Positions 10,901 through 22,900 of a stretch of 64,000 nucleotides of DNA are shown here, piece after piece. Origin of the DNA: Antedon mediterranea (lineage: Eukaryota; Animalia; Echinodermata); contig NC_092675.1 in assembly GCF_964355755.1 (NCBI RefSeq), forward strand, positions 9,667,812 through 9,731,811. The letters are read 5' to 3'. A program made the translations under genes and the position numbers. Under the pieces are notes generated by a model that was given only the letters and a program-made list of their open reading frames with translations, was not told the origin of the DNA and made no database searches. The stretch's first letter is position 1, and every line of letters starts with the position of its first letter.

Positions 10901-13900
10901 CAATATTCCAAAACAAGCAAATAAGTTACACCGAATGTGCAACAATGTAAGCTTCTATTAGCACATTATGGTGGTCTATAATATGTGTAATCAATAAATA
11001 AATTATGAATACAAACAAAACCAGGATCTTAATAAGGAAATTGGAATTAGAGAGGTTGTTAACATGTAAACTTTGCTATAACAAATAAAATGTTAGTCTC
11101 CTTCCTTATTCTCAAGAATTCTATTGGCATTTTATATAATACAGTATGTTGTGCTTTGACAATATGTTATGCATTGCGTTTTTTATGTTCCTCTACCTTT
11201 TGTTCGAAATCTTTTTTATATTGTCTTTAAAATGAATATCTGAATATTCGCCATCATCTCTCTCATCAAATCCAAAATTTATGATTCTGATCTGCTATGA
11301 TTTATACATGCCAACATACATTTTGGCCCAGAGACTCCCATATTTTAGCCTCGTCTCTCAGCCTAATATTGTGGCTGCTGGTTTTCCACATTTTCTCTTG
11401 GATTACAAAGATAACTGAATTTGAAGTACACTGTATTTTCTGCATTATTTATAAGAAAAAAAGGCTTACACTTACAGTTACACACTAGCAAAAATGATAT
11501 TTAAGCCATTGTACGACCATCTGCGGTCATAATTTTCTGATTTTTTTCTCAACGGAAAGGGGATTCCCCTCACATAGCCACCATGCGATACCGCTTGTGA
11601 CAGCACACACTACACTCCTTACCTCTCGATAATAGTGTGATATAAAGATATACTTTTATATTTAAGAAATTGACCTTCGTATCGGAATTCAAACTCCCAG
11701 AGTTTACATATACACTAAATTGTTTTTGATATTTGATTAATAATTAATATTATAAAGTATGGTCGACGTTGTTGATAACGAAGTAATTTTAAATGAGCCC
11801 GTCAATCCTCACCCCGTGCCCCACCTAAGACAAACCGACTTCCTTCCCAAAAGATATGACGGTTCCATAACCGATCACGACCAATGTAGTGCACATTACT
11901 TATCGTTTACCGACTACCTTGAGGCCCACACGTTAGAAAACCCTGTAAACAATGCCCAATTAATTAATGTAATAAGTATTTTTAAACGTAGCCTTCAGGG
12001 CCAAGCTAGACTCTGGATTGAGGGAAAGCAGTTCGATTCACTAGAATCCTTAAAAACCCAATTCATCAACAGGTTTAGTAAAAACAAATCAATCTATGCG
12101 CACATAAGAGAATACGATTCAATTACATACACCACTGGCGACAACGCCGAAAAGCACTTAACCAAAATCAAACAAGCCGCAGACAGAATTGGATACGCTG
12201 ACCAGCAGATAAAGAATAAATTTATTTCGACCCTTCCACCAAAATGTAGAGCAGCTGTAGCCATGTCCTCCCCCATTATAGACTACATTTGGAAGCATAA
12301 GAGTGAACCAGCCCTACTTGACATTTCCACAATCGACCTTTCCATTAATCTAGACGGCATCGCCACTTGTATACCAAACACACATGAATTTCACAGACAA
12401 CATATTTATTCTATGACCCTCCTGCTCTTAGCAATTACAAAAGACATCAAAGCCCCACAATGCACAACATTTTTTTCAAGAGTCCGACAACAAACAGGCA
12501 TCATACCCCAAGACGAATTAAAACCTAGCGAACACTCACCATTTGGATATGTTGTAACTAAATATAAGAAAAAACTATATTCGCACATTCGTAACATGCA
12601 GTACCTGGAAAATAAATACCAAGATACCCCCTGCCAAATTTGTCAATGTAACCCCGAAATTAAAAACTTTCATACTGATTGTACAATCAACAAATGCTGC
12701 GGAACATTGTTTCACAAAAATTGCCAACAAATAAACAAGAAATACCAATGCTTGAATTGCGGTATGGTATATTTGAATGAGATGCCTTACACTGCTACCT
12801 ACATGTTGGACGACGGCACACTGTGGACTACATCCCATTATTATCGATTATTATATGATTGATTTCAATTTATCCTTTATAAATTTTTTTTCTATTTCAA
12901 ATAATTAACGAGAGTCGACTTCTTGACCGATGTTTTTTAGGGAAACCCAACCGTTGTGATGTTTATATTTCGGTAATCCGAGTGTAGCATGCCTCCAAAG
13001 CAACGGACCCACAATTATGTCGATCTTGAAGAACACTTTTGTTTTTTTATATACATTTTTTGTTTCAAATTTTATATAAATTCCGGAATTTTTATACCAA
13101 ATTCATTTTTAATTTCATTTTTTTTAAGAGAGAGAAGAGAGAGAGTGAAAGTGATAAGGTTACACTTCAGAGTCAATGGTTTTGGCTAACTCAATTTTGC
13201 ATATGTATAATAATGTTTTTTTCTTTTATATAACTTTAATTTTGCATGCCACTATTATAACCATTTTTATATGTTAAATAGATTAGAAAAAAAAAGGGAA
13301 ACAGAGGGATGTGATATAAAGATATACTTTTATATTTAAGAAATTGACCTTCGTATCGGAATTCAAATAGGTTCACAAACTTGACCCAGAAAGTCCAAAG
13401 GAGAGTTTGTCCAGATGTTTTAATGACCATTTAGTTTATAATAGAATCCCTAAAGAAAACACTTAGCTTAACCTTGCGACCGTTCCCATCGTAAAACAAT
13501 TAGATAATGACAGTTTTAAGCAGAGATTTGACAGGGCCAATTCATCATTGTAACCTCCCCAGATAAGATCAATCACTCCCACTTAAACACCCCTGGATCA
13601 ACTTAGGACCAATCGTTACCCTCACAGATGATGTAATGACATTATGCAAATGAACTGAGCCAATATACTCCCAAGTTTCAGAAGGGCCCAGACACACCTT
13701 ACAGCCACTTCTCCAGAAGCAGACTAACACACTTCACACCTCACCGACAGCATCATTGATCCTCCGCGTTCCTTATCTATACTTATAGTTGTATATTGTA
13801 CTGAAGTATTATACTGAATAAACAATATAGTGTTACGACAGTCAAGCGAGTTAGAGTCCTTCATTAGTACCTCCAACAACGCAACATTATATTACAATAG

Positions 13901-16900
13901 ATAGAGGGCGCTGTTGATCTAAAAAACACCACCTACCGTTTTTTTAACTTCAGATGTTTGCATGTACTGTATGTTTCATTATATCTGCTACAATACTCTT
14001 TTTTTTAGCGGTCCGAGTCGGTTGTCCTTCTGTTTAAAGATGCAATTGAGGGTGAAGATTTCACTGTAGAATTTTGCAAAGGAAACAAAAAGACAACTGT
14101 ACCTGCTATTAAAGTGAATCCATGCACATTGACTATTGAAACACCTAAAGGTAAACTAGCTTTTAAAATTTGTTTGGTTGTTGAATTCTTAAAGATGTAT
14201 TGTCCTGCAAAAACTTGAAAAATGAAGATTAGTTAAATCAGGCTTTGAATAGGTTAGTTTCTAGTTTTTCTAGTTTTAATAAAGTTAATCACTTCCATAA
14301 AAAAAACTAATAAAATGACAAATGGTTCAACCAAAAACCCATTGGGTTGGGCTATTTTTGTTGCTTAATTACAGTTTTTCAGACCGATGGAGTTCTGCTT
14401 TTTTATCGCAAGCAAGGTCACATTGTAATTAACGTCGTGACAGCAAAGTGTTATACTAACCCTTTTTTTCAATCCAAAGTGTCACACTCAAATTGTTGGC
14501 AGAACATCCGGTATGCAAGAGTAAATTTGATTGGTTAAGTCGTTGATGCATGACTTTCGTATCATAAGCCTGGTACAGTCATCTTATACCTTAAGCATTC
14601 GTAATGAACGGAAGTTCAGTGTCATAATTAAGAGGTGGTTTCCACTAATCTGCTCCTGGATCAGTTGTACACCGCTTATGATACGAAAGCATAACAGCGT
14701 ACCTGTCTGAACAGACACTAGATCAATCAGTTTGTTCATTGCACTATTTATACTTTTGAAGGAAGTGCAGTACATTTCATTTTACTAAAATGTGAGAAAA
14801 GATGTCATTAAAGAACAAATTAAATGAAATAAGATGCTTTATTAAGTATGTCATCTGGTAGTAATTTATTTGATTATTTTGGGTGAACAATTTTGGTATG
14901 ATTCATTCATTCATGAAAATCAAATACTGTATCTATGACAACTTTATATTTTATAGATCACATTTTTTGTTGTCTTCATTTAATGTGCTTATTTTATTTT
15001 TCTATGGAAATAAATAAATAAACTATAAAATTACATATTCAAAGTCTGATTCTATTATAACAATAATATTTATTCGGTCACCAAGAAAATTAAACAATTG
15101 TAATACAAATAAAACTAAACATAACATGAAATAAAGTGTTTTGTGAAAGCAGCCTTAAATACTAAAATTGTTTGTGAACTTTTTATGTCATTTGGTATTT
15201 ATTAATCTTCATGTTTTTCGAAGACAATAAATCTTGACATACGTACATAGTACCATGGCTTATACAAGAAGATTGAAAAACGCTAGCCCTGAACTATTTT
15301 CCTTATATTTGACTTGTTGTTTAACATTGTTTACATTTATTGAATGAAAGTTCTATTGAACTTAAAAATGTAAGAAATAGTGTTATTGTTTTACGTTTTA
15401 TTTTTCAACTTATAGACTATCCATCAGGATGTGCGCAAGCCACAGTCTATGCGAATTCAAAGAAATTAGCAACTTGTCGTTTTACATTTCAAAGTTCTAT
15501 GGACGCGCTCGCTGATATCCTAGATCATTGCAGTAATCCCATTGAGTTTTTGTGCGATACGCTTAATATGTCACCGGGTGATTGCAACCAATTGGACAGT
15601 TATCTGTCTAACCTAAGCAAGAGGATTATTGATACTGACAGATTCAGGGATGCTTTTGGGGTGGATGACATGTCTGTTCCTGGTAAGTACCAAAATGTGC
15701 AGGGCGTATTATTGGAGCTGATTTATAGTATCTGTTCTTAGCTTTAATTATGATGCAGGTGTTCTCCTCATGGTTAGACGCATTCTCTCCCAAACCGACC
15801 ACCCTCTTTATAATGAATACACTTTCCTCCCGTCTAATATTCGTATCCGTTAACCTTGTAGTTTTACTAAATGGTAAAACAAGTTTTTCGTTCCTCAATC
15901 TATTGCTACTTATAAATAAACATGTCTCAAGATAATTTGCATCCTCTTAGAGAGAACAGCTGTATTTTACTTTCATCTACCAAAACCCCCTTTTCAGTTT
16001 TTTTATTTCTGCAAAGTTTTCAATTCTTTAAAGTTTTTCATGTCAGCCAATACTGAGCTACTTCACTGAAATGTAAACCACAATACTATTTGCTTTTATG
16101 TAGGATGTGGTACAGCAACATATTTATTTTCATGAAAGGTATTTATTATTGTCTTATCGCAGTTAATTGTTAATTTTTTTAACAGGAAAATGTAACAAAG
16201 AATATCCGACAATCCTACACTTTGCAGCAAAATATGGTCTGAGTGACTTGTGTGTTGTCATGATGAATATGCCATGCGTCAGCCAAGCGTTGAATCTTTC
16301 GAACCGCAATGGCAAAACACCGGCTGACCTTGCAGATGAAAGTGGTTTTAGTGATCTAAATGCTGTACTCAAAAGTTACCAGGTAAATTTATTAGAAATT
16401 ATTACACCTGAGTGTATCCTTCCATTTAAGGCTACTAAATATACTTATCTATGTGCTCATAAAGTGCAGTGACCACACCCAACATTGTTTAGCGCTATTT
16501 ATATAATATTGTCTTTCATATTCTTTTTCAACTTCAGCAAGTCATACGTTAATTTTTGTTTAACTTCAGAAGTCACAGTAATGTCTTAAAAAAGGAATCA
16601 AATCAAATAAAAACAATGTAACTTAACAGTCTTGAACATTTACCAAAGAATGTTTGTTTGGTAGTTTGCCTTCAGATAAGTATTGCTATCTAAAATCATA
16701 ATTACAGTATAATCACACATATAATATTGAATTAACTTTAATGATTTCTTTATTCTTTTGGGAATAACTTATTGCACACTTTGGTAACTTCCCTATTATA
16801 AATCGCACAGTCAATTTGTGATACAATAATATTGTTTTGTCTTAGTTTATTGTTTTATGAATTTTATTTGAACTGAATTTGAATCGAAACCCTTAATATC

Positions 16901-19900
16901 AGTTTTTTTTAAACTGAAAATCTGCACGGGTGATCGTTTTAAAGACCGTTAATAAAATAAATATGTATGTGTAACATACGAATGCATGACCTGCAACAAC
17001 AAAATATCAGACATGAAGGTTCCGGTTTAGATGTTAATCTACGAAACTTGCTCACATTATATAAAAAAGAAAATGAAAGTCAATGTATCAGTAAAATAAT
17101 ACGAAGTATCTCATTGAAAACTATACTACTTGGTAATAATTTGTAATTTATAAATGTTATTAATGAATTAGAAAATAACAGGCACTATCATTTTTATTTA
17201 ATTTTCTTTCCAGGATAGTGACATCTATGACCCCACATTTATCAACCAAGGACCAAATGCGTATGTGGAAATGGATCCCAAAAAAAAAGCTTATGGTAAG
17301 ATGATCAACATGCACCATATTCAATTTAATGTCATTTTTGCTTGTGAAACTGTTTTTAATATTGAAATGTTTTAACCTGTAATTAATATTCGTTACCAAT
17401 ACCATGCATCACTTAAAATGATTATTGTACAATCAATTACATTATTTTGTATTTGTTTTAATACATTAAAAATACAGGCTTTTAAAGCACTTGTTACTTC
17501 ATTTCTGGTCTTTATCCGGATGTCATTTTTTAAATATAATCCGATTGAAAAGATTTAACTAAGAGATAATTAATAAATGTTCAATTCTATGAGTCACCAA
17601 AAATCTTAAAACAAAAGCTTGACACCACTTAAAGTGAAATCATGTTTGACCAATCCTTAGCAATCTAGCTCATCCAAGCACTTCTGTGAAAAAAACCTTG
17701 TACCCCTTTAATTTTATCTACCAAGCACTAGCTTTTTTTATTTTTTTTTATTTGTGTTAAAATAACTAATTTATAATTTTGATTGTTTTAATTGAAATGC
17801 TTGCATTTTGTTTACTTTTGATAATCATGTCATTTGATTATTGTCAAAATTAGAATTTGATCCATTGACATTCACAATGTTTTATACCTCTGAATGATTT
17901 TTTTTTCAATTGTTTGTTCCTTACTTAAACTTTAACTTACTTAAAATGCATGCGTTTTAGGGAATACAGCTAAAATGGCCTCGATTCATTATGTAAAGCC
18001 ATTTAAGGTGCCCATCCCAGCCTACAAAATTGAAAAGGTCTTAAAAGGTAAGAATGATTGGGTTATTGTTACCATTCATCCAATTTTTAATACAATTGCT
18101 TTAACTTATATCTGCATATTCAAAAATCATTCCAATGCTTAATGCCACCTTTCAAATAGAAGGCTTTTACTGTACATATGTTTCATTATTTTTTTTGATT
18201 TTGTGTTTAAGACAAATGTTATAATCTACTTTTATTCACAATGTAAATTTACTAATGATTTTGCTAGTACTGTATGTTCCTAAAGGCTCCATAAGGCAGT
18301 AACATTTATACCCTGTATGATTAAACAATAAAAATAGAATGTCACATTAAGTTTTAAAACTCTCATAGTAGTCAAGCATTGTGATACTTTCTGCACCTAC
18401 CCTGTCTCAAGTATTTACTTTAGCATGCTCAGATGTATTGGAAATAATAATATACTGTACTATAGTTTAATGTGGATAGATTGAATTTTGCTTGGCTTTG
18501 GTAGAGTTGTGTGCATGGAATCCACAAAGTGTCTAGTACACAATTTCTGAATGCATGCTTTTTTAAAAATCTTACTCAATCTTTTTTATAGTTTTGTTTT
18601 CTCGCTAATATTTCGAATGTTTAGAATTTTAATATTCTTGGGGATTTTGATTCTATCAGGTTATAGGAATCTTGCTATTTATAATTGTATGAATGAAAGG
18701 TTTTTCCAGAATCTATAATTTTACTATTATCTAATTTTGTTTGAAATAATATTTACCATTACTTTCTGTATGCATGTACTGTGTTTTTTTTTTGGTTCAT
18801 TTTGGTCGAGCTTTTCAATTTTAGAACACATACATTTAGATATCATGAATGTGTTGTATTTTTAACACTGTTCCTGTTACTAACATGAATTATTGTTGTG
18901 ATTATGTTTTTTTTTTTATTATATACCAATCGGCAATCACAAATAATGGACCAGGGGTCATATGCTTAGCAAAAAAATTAATCCTTTTCACATCTGCGTA
19001 AATTGATCCCTCGATTTATTACACATTTTCATACACACATACACGAACATTGAGAAATTTTTGGAGAAAATATAGTTTGGCGCTATATTATTGCTATGAT
19101 TAGTCAGTTTAAACATTTGAAGATGCAAGGTTTCTACCCTACCCTACCTAAATAAGGTATTTTTAATAGGTTTAGGAAAAATGCAAAATACATTTTTATG
19201 ACTGTAACTTTCTGCAATTGCTGTTTTTATTGTTATGTAAAATGTCTTGGCCTTCTGAAGAATTGCATTTTTTTTACCTAGGTCAAAGGTTAAATGCTCA
19301 ATTCAGTGACCCCAAAAGTCAACCCGTACATATACGGGCCTGGCGGCCTGGGACATTACATTATGGGATATGGGCCACGTCTTTAACGGGCTAATAACAG
19401 GGCAATTACACATGCGCAGTAACAACTCAGGACATCTCGGAATAATAAAAAAACAGACCTCACAAGTTTTTGCAGGTGTGAAAAGGGTTTTTATAATGTT
19501 TTGTAAGTCAATGATTTTGAGAGGTTATACAATAATAAAATTTAAAATAAACTGAGCAACTATTTTTATGTTTTTTTTTTCTTGTCTTCTGAAAATCATA
19601 TGCCATCCCAGACAAACAAAATGGAATTTGGTAGAACATTTTAATATAATAAAGATTAAATTTATATTTAAATTTGAACTCAGGAAATCCTGAAGATGTG
19701 GCTGCTTTGTATGACACGCTTCCATCGCCATTAAAGGTACCGTCACCACCAATGAAGACAGAACCTGCCATTCCTTCAAAGGCACCCTTATCTATTGATA
19801 AAAACAATCAAGGTAGGTTATGGTTTATGCTAATAATATGATTTTATAAATTATATTCTTTTCTTATTTTTAAATATGTATTGTCCCCAAAAACATGAAA

Positions 19901-22900
19901 ACTAAAGATTGATAAAATAAGATTTTCAATAGGCCGTTTTAATAAAGTTAATCACTTTCGAATAAAACAAACCGAAAAAAAAAAATTATTTTGTCACTTT
20001 GTTTGTGAAAAGACAAAACAAACGGTTAAATTCAACCAAAACAAATTGAATGCCAGCCAATTTGACTATTTTGTGCTTTAAATTACAATTATTTAGATAT
20101 GTATTTTTTTTTGTAAAAGTGAATAACTATTATGGAACAATAAAATGGCATTTTCAAAAACAAAATTTGAAATGAATTTTCAGGGTTTAGATCTTTAAAA
20201 TAAGCAATTCTATTTTTGAGAAATTTTCTTCTTAATATATTGATTTTCTGGCCATATACCTTAAATAACCCCACCCCTATACACACCTAAACAGTAAATA
20301 TTTACATAGAATATTTATTTGCATATTATGCACAGTTTCATGGTCAAACAATATCAGTATTACATGAGTATCCTCCCTGGTATTACAGTAGTAGGGTGAT
20401 ATTTATTATTTATTAAATTATATTTGGTTTTATATTATTATTGATATTATTATTATTATAACTTTATTTTATTCAGAGAAGGACGAACACATCGTGCCAC
20501 CCTCTAGTCTTGACCCATTTCAACGAGAGCTGATTAAACTTCAAGAAAGTGTTAAACAAAATGAAATTACAGTGGACGAAGCAGTAAAGATTTTTGAGAA
20601 TTTGAGAACATCACTTACAAATCCGCTGCGAATTCCTATGATTGATCCCCAATTGGTAAGATTTTTTTTATTTCAGTGTCGTAACGGCTCTCTCAGTGGC
20701 TAAACCCAGGTGCCTATTTTCCACTAGCCGAAATTGTTTGCGCAAATCAAAAGCCCCAGCTTATACGCATGCATATTCATGTTTCGATCTTCCAAATTAA
20801 TTTCTATGCATTAATAAATTTATTTTTAAAAGGATTTGACTGTGTTCTGGAATGAGCATTTCTTCATTAATTGAAGTTAATAAATAAACTACTTTTTCAG
20901 CTTAAGAAGGAGATAGAAAAAAAGAAGAAACCTAAAGATGGAAAGAAAGGTAAATTATATAGAAAAAAACATAGGATTATATTACTAGTATTACTATTTT
21001 AAAAAATTGAGTCATTTTTATAGTCCTTTAAAATGTATTACTATTATTAACTATAGCTGCTTTATATATTTATATAATGTTTGCATTATTTTTAAAATAT
21101 TACTATTCTCCCTCCCTAAAGCAACATTAGTACTCAGTTGGTAAAGCTAATACAGTATAACCCGTCCTGTGGGACAACCCTATTAAGGGAACACTTTCCT
21201 GTGAAACAAGGGCTGGTGCTAATAAGGTAAAACTCTGTTGGGGCTAGAAATTGTCCCTTAATCTCTACTATATAATACGATGTTAAAAGCCTAATCTTGA
21301 TCTTACAAAAGGAACATATGATTAATATTTGTTTTTAAAATCAATTATTAATCATAGCATGTTGTATTTGCTTAATTTGAATGCCTAACGAATTATGCTT
21401 TCAGGTCCTCCTCGAAAAATTAGAACACGCAGCCAATCTTCACCTATGTTAGTAGGTTCTTCAAACACACTTCCAAAGAAAGGTCTGGGTTAAAATGCAA
21501 AACGCTTTTTTTGTCATTTAGTTTTACCAGTAGGCCTAGTCATGGTACAGTAGTTTATGGTACACTAACTAAAGTTTGATCTACACCTAAAATAGTTGAT
21601 CAATTAGCATAGATATTTTAGAACCAATGTAGTTTGCTGTTTGCACTTCTGTCTCTGTTGTTTGATACTGTGCTTAAAATCCACTATTTCATGCATATCA
21701 CTACTATAAATAGTGTATGTAGTACTTCTTTCGTTATTCATTTTTAAAGGAAAATTTTAGGTGGCGATGTCAATTTTCGCAATGTTATATTACATTGTAC
21801 AGAGTTATAGAAAAATCTCTTCACAATAAAAATAAATAGATAGTATTAGACATTATATCTTTAGCTTTTTTCACGAGGAAGTAACAAACTGAGATTCATT
21901 TTTGATTAGGTATTCTTAAAGAATCAATTGAAACATAGTTAAGGTTTTTTTATTAAGTCAGGTATTTAAATTCATTATCTTTAATCCTCACTTCATCATC
22001 TTGTAATCACAATAATGTGCAATATAAAAGTTGAAGTTTAATGGAAGGATCCTATTATGCTGCCTTCTCTTGTTCCTATTAAGTGAGTGAACATTGTGTA
22101 TGTTTGAATATTAGTTAATAGGCTATCTGAAGTCATCAAAGAATTTGAAACAAGCCGAACACTACCAAGAGGTTTGGATCCTTTTACATTTGATTTATCA
22201 CTGTCACAACATATTATTAATATTTTGTCAAGCTACATATTACATCCATCCAAATCCACTCTTAATCTAACATAAATGTGATAAACAAAAAATCCATCTC
22301 ATAAAACACCTACATTTTCTTCTAAGCTATATATATATATATATATATATAAATGTTCAGTATGTTTAAGACAGAAGATTAGAGAAGATTTAAAGGAAGA
22401 TGTTTGTCTCAGTTGGTAAACACATTATCAGAAATGTTTTAGTTGTTTAATATGATAATATTAGTTACATGGTAAACTGCTGAACATAACTTTCAGATCA
22501 TCTTCTGTTCTATCTATTACCAAATTATTTACATCTTGATGTATTGCATTTCATTTCCTTATTTAGCTGATTAGATAAACAAAACATAAATGTTCATACT
22601 TGTTTCAACAATATCTATAACAGCTCACCCAGATATATTATGCAATCATTTCAATATTATTATTAATTATTTGCTGTGTAACATTTTCTGTATTATATTT
22701 ACTTTGTATTAGTACCTACTGTAAAACATTGAGTACTTTTAGTGAATACATACTACAGTACTATACCACTGGCAAAATATCGAGCCATCACACAATGCTC
22801 TTGCAAATATGTTTAATATGTGATAATCAATAATAACTAAACCTAAAAATATTAATATGAATTACTGTATACTTTACTAGCTTATATCGTACCAATCTGG

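Larger units (their letters stand above)
11636..13896 (+). mobile_element. Non-autonomous LTR retrotransposon (Ty3/Gypsy-like) lacking pol, in a BCAP intron
   Basis: 4-bp TSD ATAG (11632-35 and 13897-900); termini TGTGATATAA...TTATATTACA; 11636-11693 is identical to 13310-13367; polypurine tract AGAAAAAAAAAGGGAAACAGAGGGA directly before the 3' LTR; internal gag-like ORF. Confidence 0.93.

Noticed and set aside
10793-11760. In-frame splicing of the BCAP TIR exons onto the Gag-zinc-finger ORF
   Set aside because: The host donor at 10845 is phase 0. The AG just before the gag ATG (11756-57) is phase 2 and the AG at 11699-700 leads to a stop, so there is no obvious in-frame acceptor.
11759-12862. 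Domesticated host gene (Arc/PNMA-like)
   Set aside because: It is still enclosed by a perfect TSD, PPT and identical LTR segments, which indicates a recent mobile insertion rather than an old co-opted gene.
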